Positions 51,424-52,376 of a stretch of DNA of 52,376 nt are shown piece after piece. The DNA is taken from NCBI GenBank assembly GCA_025966005.1, contig JAOPVV010000173.1, positions 1-52,376 on the forward strand. Reading direction: 5' to 3'. Numbering within the stretch: the first letter of the stretch is position 1; each line of letters starts with the position of its first letter. A model generated the notes under the pieces. It worked only from the letters and a program-made list of their open reading frames with translations, made no database searches and was not told the origin of the DNA. Source of the stretch: Frankiales bacterium (GTDB lineage Bacteria > Actinomycetota > Actinomycetes > Mycobacteriales > SCTD01). The position numbers and the translations under genes were made by a program.

Positions 51424-52251
51424 ATGGGCAGGATGGACGGACGGGTCGTCTTCATCACCGGAGCGGCACGTGGGCAGGGCCGTTCGCACGCGGTGCGGCT
51501 GGCCGAGGAGGGCGCGGACGTCGTCGGCGTCGACCTCTGCGAGCAGATCGACATCGTCCCCTACACCATGGCGACGCGGGAGGACCTCGACGAGACGGTC
51601 CGCCTCGTGGAGAAGACCGGTCGCAGGATGCTGGCCAGCACCTGCGACGTGCGCGACCTGCCCGGCCTGCAGGCCGCCTTCGACGCGGGCGTGGCGGAGT
51701 TCGGGCACATCGACACGGTGCTCGCCAACGCCGGTGTGATCATGATGAACAGCCAGGAGAAGGACCCGGCCGAGGCCTGGCAGGTCGGCATCGACATCAT
51801 GCTGACCGGGGTCTGGAACACCATCCGGGTCTCCTTCCCGCACATGGTCGAGCGCGGTCAGGGCGGCGCCATGGTGCTGACCAGCTCGGCCGCGGGCCTC
51901 ATGGGGCTCGGGAGCGGCGGCGGCGGCGACGACGCCTACGCCATCGCCAAGCTGGGGGTGACCGGCCTGGCCAAGTCCTACGCCAACTTCCTCGGCCCGC
52001 ACAGCATCCGCGTCAACGCCATCGCGCCGACCGGCGTGGCCACGCCGATGGTCACCGAGAACCCCGAGCTGTTCAAGGTCATCTCGCAGACGCCGTCGCT
52101 GGTGAACTCGATGTCGAACCTGCTCCCCATCGAGATGCTCGAGCCGCGCGACGTCAGCGAGACCGTGCTGTTCCTGGTCGCGAACGACAGCGGCCGGGCC
52201 TACACCGGCAGCGTCCTGACCATCGACGCCGGTCTGCTCACCAAGAAGTAG
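51424..52251 (+). CDS. SDR of the mycofactocin-coupled / carveol-dehydrogenase-like subfamily
   Basis: ITGAARGQGRSHAVRLAEEGADVVGVDLC..VPYTMATREDLDETV is the hallmark N-terminal pattern of this subfamily as I remember it. YAIAKLGV catalytic motif. Confidence 0.8.
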   Translation: MGRMDGRVVFITGAARGQGRSHAVRLAEEGADVVGVDLCEQIDIVPYTMATREDLDETVRLVEKTGRRMLASTCDVRDLPGLQAAFDAGVAEFGHIDTVLANAGVIMMNSQEKDPAEAWQVGIDIMLTGVWNTIRVSFPHMVERGQGGAMVLTSSAAGLMGLGSGGGGDDAYAIAKLGVTGLAKSYANFLGPHSIRVNAIAPTGVATPMVTENPELFKVISQTPSLVNSMSNLLPIEMLEPRDVSETVLFLVANDSGRAYTGSVLTIDAGLLTKK

Positions 52252-52260
52252 CCCCCCGTG

Positions 52261-52299
52261 CGACGAAGGCCCTCCTCGGATCGAGGAGGGCCTTCGTCG
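52261..52299 (+). terminator. Strong hairpin (18-bp perfect stem, 3-nt loop) after the last gene
   Basis: cgacgaaggccctcctcg, loop gat, cgaggagggccttcgtcg. No T-tract follows. Confidence 0.6.
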
Positions 52300-52376
52300 T
52301 ACCGGGGCCGCTAGTGTTGCGGGTCGTTAGTTCCTTTACTTCTGGTGCTGGGCGCGGGATGATTAGTCATGTCGCT

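Noticed and set aside
52310-52376. tRNA gene or attachment site at the low-GC right edge.
   Set aside because: I could read no cloverleaf-compatible acceptor or T-arm (no GGTTCGAAT-like T-loop) on either strand. The fragment is too short to judge.

Overview
High-GC, actinobacterial-type chromosomal segment that is almost entirely coding. I recognised no rRNA, tRNA, CRISPR array, transposase or integrase. About 50 genes form a large, internally duplicated catabolic island, probably for a hydrophobic aromatic or alicyclic substrate. It encodes 2 type-I extradiol dioxygenases, 3 cytochrome P450s, 2 small ferredoxins, 2 aldehyde dehydrogenases and 2 family-III CoA-transferases. It also encodes an acyl-CoA synthetase, a thiolase, an acyl-CoA dehydrogenase, an SCP-x/Ltp-like thiolase-fold protein with a DUF35 partner, 6 SDRs and an aldo/keto reductase. 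Further genes are a FAH-family hydrolase, an LLM-type oxidoreductase, an amidohydrolase, a VOC protein, a hotdog thioesterase, 2 APH-type kinases and 3 TetR regulators. Transport is covered by two Liv-type ABC importers (one LivH-LivM fusion, one LivH-LivM-LivG triple fusion) and three LivJ-type binding proteins. Many neighbouring genes are coupled by 4-nt ATGA/GTGA overlaps. Four things stand out. (1) A MoxR-class AAA+ ATPase, a VWA protein with a degenerate HQxxH metallopeptidase-like domain, and a small Trp-rich tandem-repeat protein are translationally coupled and sit directly behind an extradiol dioxygenase (24091..27819). This is my best candidate for an undescribed system. (2) Three coupled secreted/membrane proteins of unknown function head a Liv permease operon (2226..4485). 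(3) A recurring 20-bp (GA)ACAG-N12-CTGT(TC)-like element lies in nearly every promoter region of the island, suggesting one regulon. (4) One amidohydrolase gene has clearly foreign codon usage. All starts were chosen by eye from RBS, overlap and family N-termini. Nothing here was checked against databases.
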